Assembly: GCA_002296185.1 (NCBI GenBank)
Contig: DBHM01000013.1
Location: 5,273-69,272, forward strand
DNA length: 64,000 nt
DNA from: Alphaproteobacteria bacterium UBA828
Lineage (GTDB): Bacteria > Pseudomonadota > Alphaproteobacteria > UBA828
Direction of reading: 5' to 3'
Position 1 is the stretch's first letter; each line of letters begins with the position of its first letter. The translations under genes and the position numbers were made by a program. The notes below the pieces were generated by a model. The model made no database searches. It had not been told where the DNA came from and saw nothing but the letters and a program-made list of their open reading frames with translations. Positions 46,294 to 55,417 of the stretch are shown piece by piece.

Positions 46294-48330
46294 TTATGAT
46301 ATATGGAGATATCCAAGAGAGTCTACATTCAGTATTTGTTTGGGGTGAATAATTGTTGTTGCCGATTTCTCCTCTACCAGCAAAGGCCCTTCCATGGTAA
46401 AACCTGGATTTAAACACTCCCTATCAAGCACATGGCATTCATGTACACCATCCTCACCAAAAGAAACCTTTCTTTTTCCCTTAAAAGATTGGCTTTCATC
46501 AAATCCACCCTTTATTGAGTTTGATGAAGGGCGTGGAACAGGAGCAGTTGCAATTAAATGATAATTTACAATTTCTATAAGAGTAGATTTTAGACTGAAA
46601 GTGAAAGCTCTCTCATGCGCAATATGAAAATTCTTTTTAATAGAATCTAAAGAATCTCTGCTGTAATCAACTGAAATACCAACCCAGTGTTCTTGTCCTT
46701 GATATCTAAGATCAATAGATGTTTCAAATTTAACATCACCAATATTTATATCTTTATCATCTGAAAAATAATCTTTTGCTGAGTCTTCAAGATCAGAAAA
46801 AATTTCCTTGATTTCATTAACGCTTATATTATCTATTTGGCGTAAGCGAGTAAGAACAAAATCTTTTCTTGGTTCCGTTGCAAGCATGCCCCATGCTGAG
46901 AAATAGCCAGGATACCTTGGAACAATTATTTCTTTAACCCCAAGTTCCCTACCAAGTGTTGCTGCATGCATTGCTCCACCACCACCACCAACTACTAAAA
47001 CAAAATCTCGTGGGTCATGACCTCTCTGTATAGAGACTAGTTTTAGGGCATTAATCATATCCGCATCTGCAAGTCTAATGATTGATTCTGCCGCCGATAG
47101 AATATCGACACCTAAACCTTTTGCAATTTTATTCATCGCTTGTTCAGCTTTATTCAGGTCTAACTTTATACGACCTCCAGCAAAATAGTTTGGATCAAGG
47201 ACACCCGCAATCAACTTAGCATCCGTTACAGTAGGTTCTATACCTCCCATCCCATAGCATGCAGGGCCTGGATCAGCTCCTGCGCTTAAAGGTCCCACCT
47301 TAAGTGAACCAACCTTATCGAACCATGCAATAGAACCTCCACCTGTTCCTATTTCAACAATATCTACAACAGGTATTTTTACTGGATAACCTGGATTCAG
47401 TCGTGACCATTCAAGCTTGTAATCTGTTGTTACGGTTACCTTGCCCCCTTGAATAACTGAACATTTGGCAGTTGTGCCGCCAATATCTAAATATATTACA
47501 TTGCTTTCTTCGCACAGTTTTCCGACAAGAGCTGCGCCGTTTACCCCTGCTGATGGACCAGATTCCACAAGAGTGATTGGATGAGAACGAGCCCACTCAA
47601 AACTCGTTGAACCACCATTAGATTGCATGGCATGCATCGGACAATTAAAGCCTTTGCTATTCAAGGAAGTTTCTAAAGCATTAAAATAGTCTTGCACAAT
47701 TGGCTGAACATACGCATTAAGTACAGCTGTATTAGCTCTTTCATATTCCCTCCACTCCCTTGTGATTTCATGGCTTGCAGTGACAGCAACATCTGGTAAA
47801 TGCTCAATAATATATTTAGAGCATTGCTCTTCATGATATGGAGAAGAATAACTATGAAGGAATACTATTGCTATTGCTTCAATTTTTTCTTGTTTACATT
47901 GAGATATAACCAAATCTAGGTCAGACATACAGAGAGGCTCTATAATTTTTCCGTTTGAATCTATCCGTTCACTTACCTCAAATCTTAATTTACGAGGAAC
48001 AAAAGGTGTTGGCTTTCTAAAACGAAGATTATAGAGGTCCGGCCTATTTCCTCTAGCAATTTCCAGTATATCTCGAAAGCCCTTAGTTGTGACAAGTGCT
48101 GTCTTTACACCCTTCCTTTCAGTAATTGCATTAATAACTGTTGTACCGCCATGAACAAAGAATGTGATAGACTGAGGGGTAATTCCAGCAAGATTGATTG
48201 CATCTTTAACACCATCAGTTAAATCTTTTGGTGTAGTAAGTGATTTTTCAGTAATTAGCTCTCCTGAAATTTCATCAAAAGCCACTACGTCTGTAAAAGT
48301 ACCACCAATATCAGCTGCCATGCGGCCCAT
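46294..48330 (-). CDS. Hydantoinase A/oxoprolinase family protein (HyuA-like, set 4)
   Basis: 678 aa. MAADIGGTFTDVVAF, LDIGGTTAKCS and GTGGGSIAWF. It lies 1 nt downstream of HyuB set 4. Confidence 0.9.
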   Translation of the reverse strand: MGRMAADIGGTFTDVVAFDEISGELITEKSLTTPKDLTDGVKDAINLAGITPQSITFFVHGGTTVINAITERKGVKTALVTTKGFRDILEIARGNRPDLYNLRFRKPTPFVPRKLRFEVSERIDSNGKIIEPLCMSDLDLVISQCKQEKIEAIAIVFLHSYSSPYHEEQCSKYIIEHLPDVAVTASHEITREWREYERANTAVLNAYVQPIVQDYFNALETSLNSKGFNCPMHAMQSNGGSTSFEWARSHPITLVESGPSAGVNGAALVGKLCEESNVIYLDIGGTTAKCSVIQGGKVTVTTDYKLEWSRLNPGYPVKIPVVDIVEIGTGGGSIAWFDKVGSLKVGPLSAGADPGPACYGMGGIEPTVTDAKLIAGVLDPNYFAGGRIKLDLNKAEQAMNKIAKGLGVDILSAAESIIRLADADMINALKLVSIQRGHDPRDFVLVVGGGGGAMHAATLGRELGVKEIIVPRYPGYFSAWGMLATEPRKDFVLTRLRQIDNISVNEIKEIFSDLEDSAKDYFSDDKDINIGDVKFETSIDLRYQGQEHWVGISVDYSRDSLDSIKKNFHIAHERAFTFSLKSTLIEIVNYHLIATAPVPRPSSNSIKGGFDESQSFKGKRKVSFGEDGVHECHVLDRECLNPGFTMEGPLLVEEKSATTIIHPKQILNVDSLGYLHIS

Positions 48331-48331
48331 A

Positions 48332-50050
48332 TTATTGACCCTCTCGTAAACGTGTAGTTTCTATATCGTCCACTTTTCCATTTTCATCTATTACAACTCC
48401 AAAATCTGATTTAGCAACCTCATTTGAGATATATCCATTAAGGAAATCTTCATGGACTAGACTTATAGGTCTTTCTAGAGGTGAACCAAAACCACCGCCA
48501 CCACCAGTAACAACTCTTAATTTATCACCTTTACTTAATTCTTGATGAGAGATTCTTGAAACTCTTTTTAGTATTCCACTCCTTATAATCTCCATATAAT
48601 TATTAGTACCCTCTTTTCCCCCCTTGAGTCCCCAAGGTTTTTCTATACTACGTCCAAAGCTACAATATGTATGAGCATCGTTTATTAATATTTCAAATTC
48701 ACGTATCGCCCCAAAGCCACCACGCCAATACCCGGCACCCACACCATCATTAACGTTAAGAGAATATTCAGTTATTCTTAAAGGAAATTTTGCCTCAAAA
48801 AGCTCAACAGAATAATTATATGTATCCCCATCAGTTGTAGCAATAAGAGCACCCGTGCCATCACTGTCTGATTGGGCGCCCCAACCTCCGACTGCTGGTT
48901 CAATGTGGACAAACATTTCATCTGTATCGGGGTCTTTCCCAAAAATATACGCTGCACAAAGGCTCATATAACTACCTGCGCTTAATTGATCTGGAGCAAG
49001 TTCTGCAAGAGCTCTCCATACCAACTCTGATGCTTGTGCAGAGCCTTCATAATACCATCCTGTTGGAGCAGGTTTTTTTGCAGTAAAAATTGTACCTTCT
49101 GGGCAAATTATAGTTATTGGCCTAAACCATCCTTCATTTGAGGGACCTTGAGGGTCCACAAGAGCTTTAAAAACTGTCTTGACTGCTGCGCTTAATGCCC
49201 CAAATGCACAATTTATTGGACCATTACGTTGAGGGCTTGAGCCAGTAAAATCGAAGGCTATCTCATCACCTTTAATCCTAACCTCAACACAAACAGGAAA
49301 CTGATCATTAGACACACCGTCCCCATCAATAAAATCTTTGGCACTATAAATTCCATCAGGAAGATCACGTATTGCTTGACGTGACAATTTATCACTTGAT
49401 TCAAGTATATAATTGAATGTCTTTCGGACCGTTTCCTTACCATACTTAGTAAATATCTCAGTAACACGAGTCTCAGCAATACGTACAGCTGCTAGTTCTG
49501 CATTAAAATCACCTATACACATAGTAGGTAAACGAGTATTTTCTCTAATTAATTCTATTATATCTGGTTGAACTTCGTCATTCCTGCAAACACGGATACC
49601 CGGAAAACGAATACCTTCTTGATATATTTCTGTGGCACTCGGAGAAATACTACCAGCTACAGCACCACCTACTTCACTCCAGTGAGCAACTGCAATTGCA
49701 AAGCTTTCTAGTTTACTATCAATAAAAATTGGTTTTATAAGTGCAATATCACAAGTATGAGTGCCCCCATCAAACGGATCATTGGTCATAAATACATCTC
49801 CAGGGCTTATATCATCCCCAAACCGACGTATTATACTCTGCACCTGTAAAGCAAAAGTGCCTGTAAAAAGTGTAATTCCATTTGTCTGGACAATTAATTG
49901 TCCTTTTGGATCACATACTCCACATGCAAAATCTAAAACTTCATAGATAACGGGACTCATAGAGCAACGAGAAATTACGATACCCATTTCATCAGCAGTT
50001 GCTAAAAGCTTACCTCTAATAATTTCCTGTGTTATTGAGTCTGCAATCAA
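48332..50050 (-). CDS. Hydantoinase B/oxoprolinase family protein (HyuB-like, set 4)
   Basis: 572 aa. TTG start. ITQEIIRGKL N-terminus. The C-terminal motif is the variant TGGGGGFGSPLERP. Confidence 0.9.
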   Translation of the reverse strand: MIADSITQEIIRGKLLATADEMGIVISRCSMSPVIYEVLDFACGVCDPKGQLIVQTNGITLFTGTFALQVQSIIRRFGDDISPGDVFMTNDPFDGGTHTCDIALIKPIFIDSKLESFAIAVAHWSEVGGAVAGSISPSATEIYQEGIRFPGIRVCRNDEVQPDIIELIRENTRLPTMCIGDFNAELAAVRIAETRVTEIFTKYGKETVRKTFNYILESSDKLSRQAIRDLPDGIYSAKDFIDGDGVSNDQFPVCVEVRIKGDEIAFDFTGSSPQRNGPINCAFGALSAAVKTVFKALVDPQGPSNEGWFRPITIICPEGTIFTAKKPAPTGWYYEGSAQASELVWRALAELAPDQLSAGSYMSLCAAYIFGKDPDTDEMFVHIEPAVGGWGAQSDSDGTGALIATTDGDTYNYSVELFEAKFPLRITEYSLNVNDGVGAGYWRGGFGAIREFEILINDAHTYCSFGRSIEKPWGLKGGKEGTNNYMEIIRSGILKRVSRISHQELSKGDKLRVVTGGGGGFGSPLERPISLVHEDFLNGYISNEVAKSDFGVVIDENGKVDDIETTRLREGQ

Positions 50051-50071
50051 ACTATTAACCCCGCATGTTAA

Positions 50072-50087
50072 ATAATAACGTTATTAT
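50072..50087. promoter_or_regulatory. 16-bp perfect palindrome upstream of hyuB set 4
   Basis: ATAATAACGTTATTAT is its own reverse complement. It lies 22 nt upstream of the TTG start at 50050 and 37 nt downstream of the SDR stop. Confidence 0.3.
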
Positions 50088-50124
50088 AAAATAATAAACT
50101 ATAAGACTTAAATAAATTTAAAAA

Positions 50125-50844
50125 TCAAAAATCTACTCTTCCAACACTAGTGCCTCCACATACATGTAAGGTTTGACCAGTTATAAAAGATGCTGAAGTA
50201 TCTAAAAAAAACATTACAGCCCGGGCAATATCTGAAGGTTCACCCATACGCCCTAGGGGAATATTTGATAGAGAAGCTATAGTTCTTGGACTATCAGGAG
50301 GATTAGCTTTATTGTAAAGTTCTGTGCGAATAGGACCAGGACACACAACATTTGCTGTGATTCCTGAGTCTGCTAACTCTAAAGCCCATGTACGTGCCAG
50401 AGAAACCAATGCCCCCTTGCTTGCTGAATAGTTTGTACGAAGAGCTTTACCTAAAACAGTCCGACTTGAAATATTAACGATTCTTCCAAACCCCGCTTCT
50501 CTCATTCCAGGAAGAAGGGTTTTAGAAGAAAGAATAGCTGCACGAACATTAACAGACATTACAGAATAATATTCTTCTAATGTAGAGTCTTCTAGTAATG
50601 CAGGCTTAACAACACCTACATTATTAACCAGACGAGTTATTGCTCCACTTTGAAGAGCTTCTTGAAGAGAGGCAATAGTCCTAACTTCATCCTCAAAATC
50701 TACCTCTATAAAGTTACAAGCACCTTCAAAATCTGGAGCAACCTTGTCAAGGATTGTTACTTCTATTCCAGCTTCAAGAAGTGACTGGGATATAGCGCGG
50801 CCTATGCCACGCGCTCCACCTGTTACCAAAGCGCGTTCAACCAT
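50125..50844 (-). CDS. Short-chain dehydrogenase/reductase
   Basis: VTGGARGIGRA and YSASKGAL (YxxxK). Confidence 0.85.
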   Translation of the reverse strand: MVERALVTGGARGIGRAISQSLLEAGIEVTILDKVAPDFEGACNFIEVDFEDEVRTIASLQEALQSGAITRLVNNVGVVKPALLEDSTLEEYYSVMSVNVRAAILSSKTLLPGMREAGFGRIVNISSRTVLGKALRTNYSASKGALVSLARTWALELADSGITANVVCPGPIRTELYNKANPPDSPRTIASLSNIPLGRMGEPSDIARAVMFFLDTSASFITGQTLHVCGGTSVGRVDF

Positions 50845-50875
50845 ATCCCAAACCGTCTATGTTAATCCAACACCA

Positions 50876-51979
50876 TTACTCTGCAGCAGATTGTGCACCT
50901 ATTAGACTATTTAGCTTGGGCATAACTTCTTTTGCTAATAGATCCATAGATCTTTTCATGTCATCTGGCTTTACCCAATCCTGAGCTGTGTGAAGGAGGG
51001 TACCAAAATGACCTACATCATCACGAAACTCCAACAGTTTTTCTACAACTGTGTCTGGACTTCCAGCAATCACATAGTTGTCACGAAGAGATTCGTAGGT
51101 TAATGCATCAGCATCATCACCCTGGTTTACGACAAAGGGCCCTTTCATTTGGGCTCTATCAAATATTTTATAAAGATACTCATAATAAAAATCAGAAGAT
51201 TCACCCACTGTTTTTAAATGCTTCTCTGCTTCTTCATCCGTTTCAGCTACAAAAATATTTCTAGCAACTCTCCAACGCTCTCTATCAGCAACCCTTCCCT
51301 GTTTTTCAGTTTCTTCTGCATATACTTGCCACTGACTTTTTACAGACCAATTGCCAATGAAATTTGCGCTTATTGGGTCAAAATCCTGTTGCGCAGCATA
51401 CTTGTGGGAAGATGAGAATGGACTCATAGCTGAGATTGCAAAAGTGGGATGAGGGTCTTGCAGGGGCTTGCACATGTGACCAAGGCCTATATCTTCATGC
51501 ACCCAGTCTTTGATAGTAACATTCCAATATTTGCCTTTGATATCATAGGGTGGCTCCCCTGCCCATATTTCCCTAATTATATCGATTGACTCTTTCATCA
51601 TGTCGTTTCGATCAACATCCATTGTACCGAAAAGTTCAAAGTCTGATGGTAATCCACCTGGTCCAACGCCCATTATAAAACGTCCACCTGATAGATGGTC
51701 GAACATTGCTGCCTGACCTGCAACTACTGCTGGATGGTATTGTGGTAGGCATATAACGCCTGTACCAAATCTTATTTTCTTTGTAGCTCTTATTAGGCTT
51801 GAAAAGAATATTAAAGGATTAGTAATTTGCTCACCAGCTGAGCTGTAGTGCTCACCACACCAGGCCTCATCATAACCAACTGAATCAGCATGTATAACAG
51901 CTTCGCAATCTTCTTCTAAAGCTTCCGCATAAGGTTTCTTAGGCGGATGTATTGGCATCATAAAGAGTCCAAGCTTCAT
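50876..51979 (-). CDS. LLM-class (luciferase-like) flavin-dependent monooxygenase/oxidoreductase
   Basis: 367 aa. MKLGLFMMPIH...GYDEAWCGEHY...RFGTGVICLPQYHP...GGRFIMGVGPGG is typical of luciferase-like monooxygenases. Confidence 0.8.
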   Translation of the reverse strand: MKLGLFMMPIHPPKKPYAEALEEDCEAVIHADSVGYDEAWCGEHYSSAGEQITNPLIFFSSLIRATKKIRFGTGVICLPQYHPAVVAGQAAMFDHLSGGRFIMGVGPGGLPSDFELFGTMDVDRNDMMKESIDIIREIWAGEPPYDIKGKYWNVTIKDWVHEDIGLGHMCKPLQDPHPTFAISAMSPFSSSHKYAAQQDFDPISANFIGNWSVKSQWQVYAEETEKQGRVADRERWRVARNIFVAETDEEAEKHLKTVGESSDFYYEYLYKIFDRAQMKGPFVVNQGDDADALTYESLRDNYVIAGSPDTVVEKLLEFRDDVGHFGTLLHTAQDWVKPDDMKRSMDLLAKEVMPKLNSLIGAQSAAE

Positions 51980-52176
51980 GATTTTGCCCCTCCTCGTTTA
52001 ATATAAATTGTATAATAGCATTTTAGACTCGTATCTTTGTAAGCCCAGGATTAAATTTAAGCCATATAATTGTTTTTAGAAAGGTATAATCTTAAATTAT
52101 TTTGAGACCTATAAACTTGTTCTTATGAAGCTTAAGATAGTTTATACTATGCATAATTAAGGTAGTTAGTCCAAAA

Positions 52177-52983
52177 ATGATGAATATGGCCACAGAATCA
52201 GACATAAATGTTGATAAATTCATTATTTTAGCCAATGAAATGGCTAATGCTGCCGGAGAAGTGATTGCTCCCTTATTTCGTTCAAATATCGAATTTTCTG
52301 ATAAAGGGGATAAAGATGGACGACTATCGCTCGTAACAGAAGCTGATAAAAATGCTGAGAAAGTAATGAGGGATTTAATCTCCAACCGTTTCCCTGAGCA
52401 TGGAATAGTGGGGGAAGAGTTTGGAAGTGTCCGCAAAGATGCTGAATTTGTTTGGTTTCTTGACCCGATTGATGGAACAAATTCTTTCTTGGCAGGGCTT
52501 CCAACGTGGGGGACTCTTATTGGCCTTCAAAAAAATGGTAGGCCCATACTTGGTATAATGAACCAACCAATATTTGAAGAACGATTCATCGGCAGTCAAT
52601 ACGGTTCTTTCCTTGGAGAAAAACTAATAAAGACACGTGAATGCAAAAAATTAGAAAATGCAAATCTATCAATTACCTCATTGAAAATGATGGCTACAAA
52701 TAATCAACTTTCTGCATTCAATAAAATTGAACAAAGAGTATACAATACACGAGTGGGTGGTGACTGCTATAATTACGCTTTGTTAGCCGCTGGCTGTATT
52801 GACCTCGTAATTGAAGGAGAATTATCACCATGGGACATTCAAGCACACATTCCAATTATTAGATCAGCCGGTGGAATTATTACTGATTGGAAAGGTAATG
52901 AGAATTTTTCAGAAGGATTAGTTGTAGCCGCTGGTGATAAAAGAATACATCAGGAAGCATTAAATTATCTTAGCAAAGTTTAG
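52177..52983 (+). CDS. hisN: Inositol-monophosphatase-family phosphatase, HisN-type histidinol-phosphatase-like
   Basis: 268 aa. VTEADKNAEKVMRDLI...GIVGEEFG, LDPIDGTNSF and WDIQAHIPIIRSAGG. The GEEFG form is what I associate with HisN rather than SuhB. The exact Met (52177/52180/52186) is uncertain. Confidence 0.6.
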   Translation: MMNMATESDINVDKFIILANEMANAAGEVIAPLFRSNIEFSDKGDKDGRLSLVTEADKNAEKVMRDLISNRFPEHGIVGEEFGSVRKDAEFVWFLDPIDGTNSFLAGLPTWGTLIGLQKNGRPILGIMNQPIFEERFIGSQYGSFLGEKLIKTRECKKLENANLSITSLKMMATNNQLSAFNKIEQRVYNTRVGGDCYNYALLAAGCIDLVIEGELSPWDIQAHIPIIRSAGGIITDWKGNENFSEGLVVAAGDKRIHQEALNYLSKV

Positions 52984-53037
52984 GCAGCGAAACATGACTT
53001 CTGAAAGATTTGATCAAAAACATAAAGATTAATTGAT

Positions 53038-53844
53038 ATGTCATACAACCTTGATACAAGCACAGAAAAACTTAAAGCCTCTATTGACGGCCCTATAGCT
53101 TTAATTACATTTAATAAACCCTCGAAACATAATGCAATTTGTACAGAAATGTGGAGGTCTTTGAGTAGAACAATTGAGATCTTTGAGAATAATCACGAAG
53201 TAAGAGTCATAATATTAAAAGGCGCAGGGAACAGATCCTTTGTTTCAGGCGCAGATATATCTGAATTTGAAAATACTCGTACCGGACCTGAGGCTGTTGC
53301 TTCTTACGATCAGTTATCTGAAGGCGCTACTGATCAGGTATATGAATGTAACAAACCCACTATCGCGATGATTAACGGATACTGTATGGGAGGGGGGTTA
53401 GGTATAGCCGTAGCATGCGATTTAAGAATTGCTTCAAATAAATCCTTATTTAGTATACCTGCAGCAAAACTAGGGCTTGGTTACCGAGCTAAGAGTTTAA
53501 GTAGACTTATAAATCTAGTTGGTCCATCATTTGCGAGAGAGATTATGATTACGGCCAATAAATTTGATGGAAATAATGCTCTTCAAATGGGATTAATTAA
53601 TAGACTCTTACCTGAAGAAGAACTTATGTCTTACACTTTAGATTGCGCTAAAAATATAAGTATTAACGCGCCCTTAACTATTTTTGCAGCACGACAAGCA
53701 ATTAAATCCTTTGTTGACCAAAATTCGCCGAAGAACTTAAGCTACCTTGATGAACTAGTAAATAATTGCTTTTCTAGTAATGATTATAATGAAGGAAGAG
53801 ATGCCTTCAGAAATAAAAAAGAACCTAAATTCCAAGGTAAATAG
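53038..53844 (+). CDS. Enoyl-CoA hydratase/isomerase (crotonase) family protein (paralogue 2)
   Basis: 268 aa. VIILKGAGNRSFVSGADI and AMINGYCMGGGLGIAVACDLRI. Confidence 0.85.
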   Translation: MSYNLDTSTEKLKASIDGPIALITFNKPSKHNAICTEMWRSLSRTIEIFENNHEVRVIILKGAGNRSFVSGADISEFENTRTGPEAVASYDQLSEGATDQVYECNKPTIAMINGYCMGGGLGIAVACDLRIASNKSLFSIPAAKLGLGYRAKSLSRLINLVGPSFAREIMITANKFDGNNALQMGLINRLLPEEELMSYTLDCAKNISINAPLTIFAARQAIKSFVDQNSPKNLSYLDELVNNCFSSNDYNEGRDAFRNKKEPKFQGK

Positions 53845-53876
53845 AAATAGATCTAGATAAAACTTTAGGAAAAAAA

Positions 53877-54668
53877 ATGATTGTAAAACAATTATGGATT
53901 GGTAATAACTTAAGAAATTTTAACTATCTTTTAGTCTGCCCCAATTCGGGAGAGACCGCAGCTATTGACCCCTTAGATCATTTAAGGTGCCTTCAAACAG
54001 CAAAAGAAAATGGCTGGGATATCACTAAAGTAATTAATACTCATGAGCACCAAGATCATATTGCAGGAAATAAAAAAGTTATAGACTCAACTGGAGCAAC
54101 TTTGTTTGCCCCTCATGGGGCAAAGAATAGCATACCAAATATAGATGTTGGGCTCAAGGCGGGTGATACTATTAAGATTGGAACAAGTGTAGAGCTTGAA
54201 GTTCTTAATACTCCAGGACATACCATGAGTCACATCAGTATGCTTTCACATACAGATCAACCAGCATTAATCTGTGGTGATACATTATTCAATGCCGGAG
54301 CAGGAAATTGTATAAATGGAGGGCACCCAGCTGAACTTTTTAAAACGTTTGTCGAACAGTTGTATAAACTACCGGATAATACCCAGGTTTTTCCTGGTCA
54401 TGAATATATAATAAGTAATCTTGAATTTACATTGGATAGAGAACCGCACAATGAAGAGGCACGTGATCTTCTCAATGAACTCCAAGGACAAGATCTGAAT
54501 AATGCAAAAGTCACAACTCTTGGTCTTGAAAAAAAGATAAATACTTTTTTTCGCCTACAAAATCCAGAGTTACTAGAAAAACTAAAAACTGAATTTCCTG
54601 AACTAGGCAAAAACCCAAACCTAAAGGAAGTATTTATAAAATTACGCGAGCTACGTAATACTTGGTAA
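53877..54668 (+). CDS. gloB: Hydroxyacylglutathione hydrolase-like metallo-beta-lactamase-fold protein
   Basis: 263 aa. NYLLVCP...INTHEHQDHIAGN (HxHxDH), TPGHT, CGDTLF, and a C-terminal FFRL...LR tail as in glyoxalase II. Confidence 0.75.
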   Translation: MIVKQLWIGNNLRNFNYLLVCPNSGETAAIDPLDHLRCLQTAKENGWDITKVINTHEHQDHIAGNKKVIDSTGATLFAPHGAKNSIPNIDVGLKAGDTIKIGTSVELEVLNTPGHTMSHISMLSHTDQPALICGDTLFNAGAGNCINGGHPAELFKTFVEQLYKLPDNTQVFPGHEYIISNLEFTLDREPHNEEARDLLNELQGQDLNNAKVTTLGLEKKINTFFRLQNPELLEKLKTEFPELGKNPNLKEVFIKLRELRNTW

Positions 54669-54678
54669 TCATAAATTA

Positions 54679-55350
54679 CTAAAAGCCTAAAAACCTAGTA
54701 AATTCGTTTACTTTCTGCCTGCCAGGTCTAAATGTGTTAGCAACTTCATTTTTATCTTCATAACCAATCGCTAAACCACAAATAAGAATTTCTGATTCAG
54801 GTATGGGTAAAACCTTCCTTACTAATTCATGGTGATAAACCCACGCGGCTTGAGGACAAGTCTCAAGTCCAAAACCTCTTGAAGAAATCATGATATTTTG
54901 AATAAACATGCCACAATCTAACCAACTACCTAGCTCAAGATCATTATCCATTGTAAAAAACAAGCCTACTGGTGCTCCAAACAAGTCATAATTTTTTAGT
55001 TGTTGCTTGAAGGCTTTATCTCTTTCACCCTTACTTATGCCTAATGTTGAATAAAGCCCCCATCCTGTTTCACGACGTCTAGTTAAATATGGCTCGCGCC
55101 ACTTAACTGGATAGTACTGATATTGTGGAGTTTCATCATTTGGGTTTTTTTCTAAGCCTGAAGTTACTTCATCACACAAACGATCTCTATATAATCCAGA
55201 TACAGCATATACTTTCCAGGGCTGTATATTACTCCCTGATGGAGCCCATGATGAGTCCTCAATTATTTTTTCAATAATTTCCTTAGATACAGGATCTGAT
55301 AAAAACCCCCGGACAGATCTTCGGCCCTTAATAGCATCATTAATATTCAT
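54679..55350 (-). CDS. Nitroreductase family flavoprotein
   Basis: 223 aa. IKGRRSVRGF...APSGSNIQPW is the canonical nitroreductase N-terminus. Confidence 0.8.
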   Translation of the reverse strand: MNINDAIKGRRSVRGFLSDPVSKEIIEKIIEDSSWAPSGSNIQPWKVYAVSGLYRDRLCDEVTSGLEKNPNDETPQYQYYPVKWREPYLTRRRETGWGLYSTLGISKGERDKAFKQQLKNYDLFGAPVGLFFTMDNDLELGSWLDCGMFIQNIMISSRGFGLETCPQAAWVYHHELVRKVLPIPESEILICGLAIGYEDKNEVANTFRPGRQKVNEFTRFLGF

Positions 55351-55417
55351 TTTTTTACCTTTAATTGATATCGATAAATATTTTTAAAGAGTAATATTTT
55401 TTTATAAAGAAAGTGAA

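Noticed and set aside
52092-52599. Three overlapping minus-strand ORFs (114, 86, 74 aa) opposite the HisN-like gene
   Set aside because: They are antisense to a CDS with clear IMPase-family motifs (DPIDGT, WD..A). None has motifs of its own.
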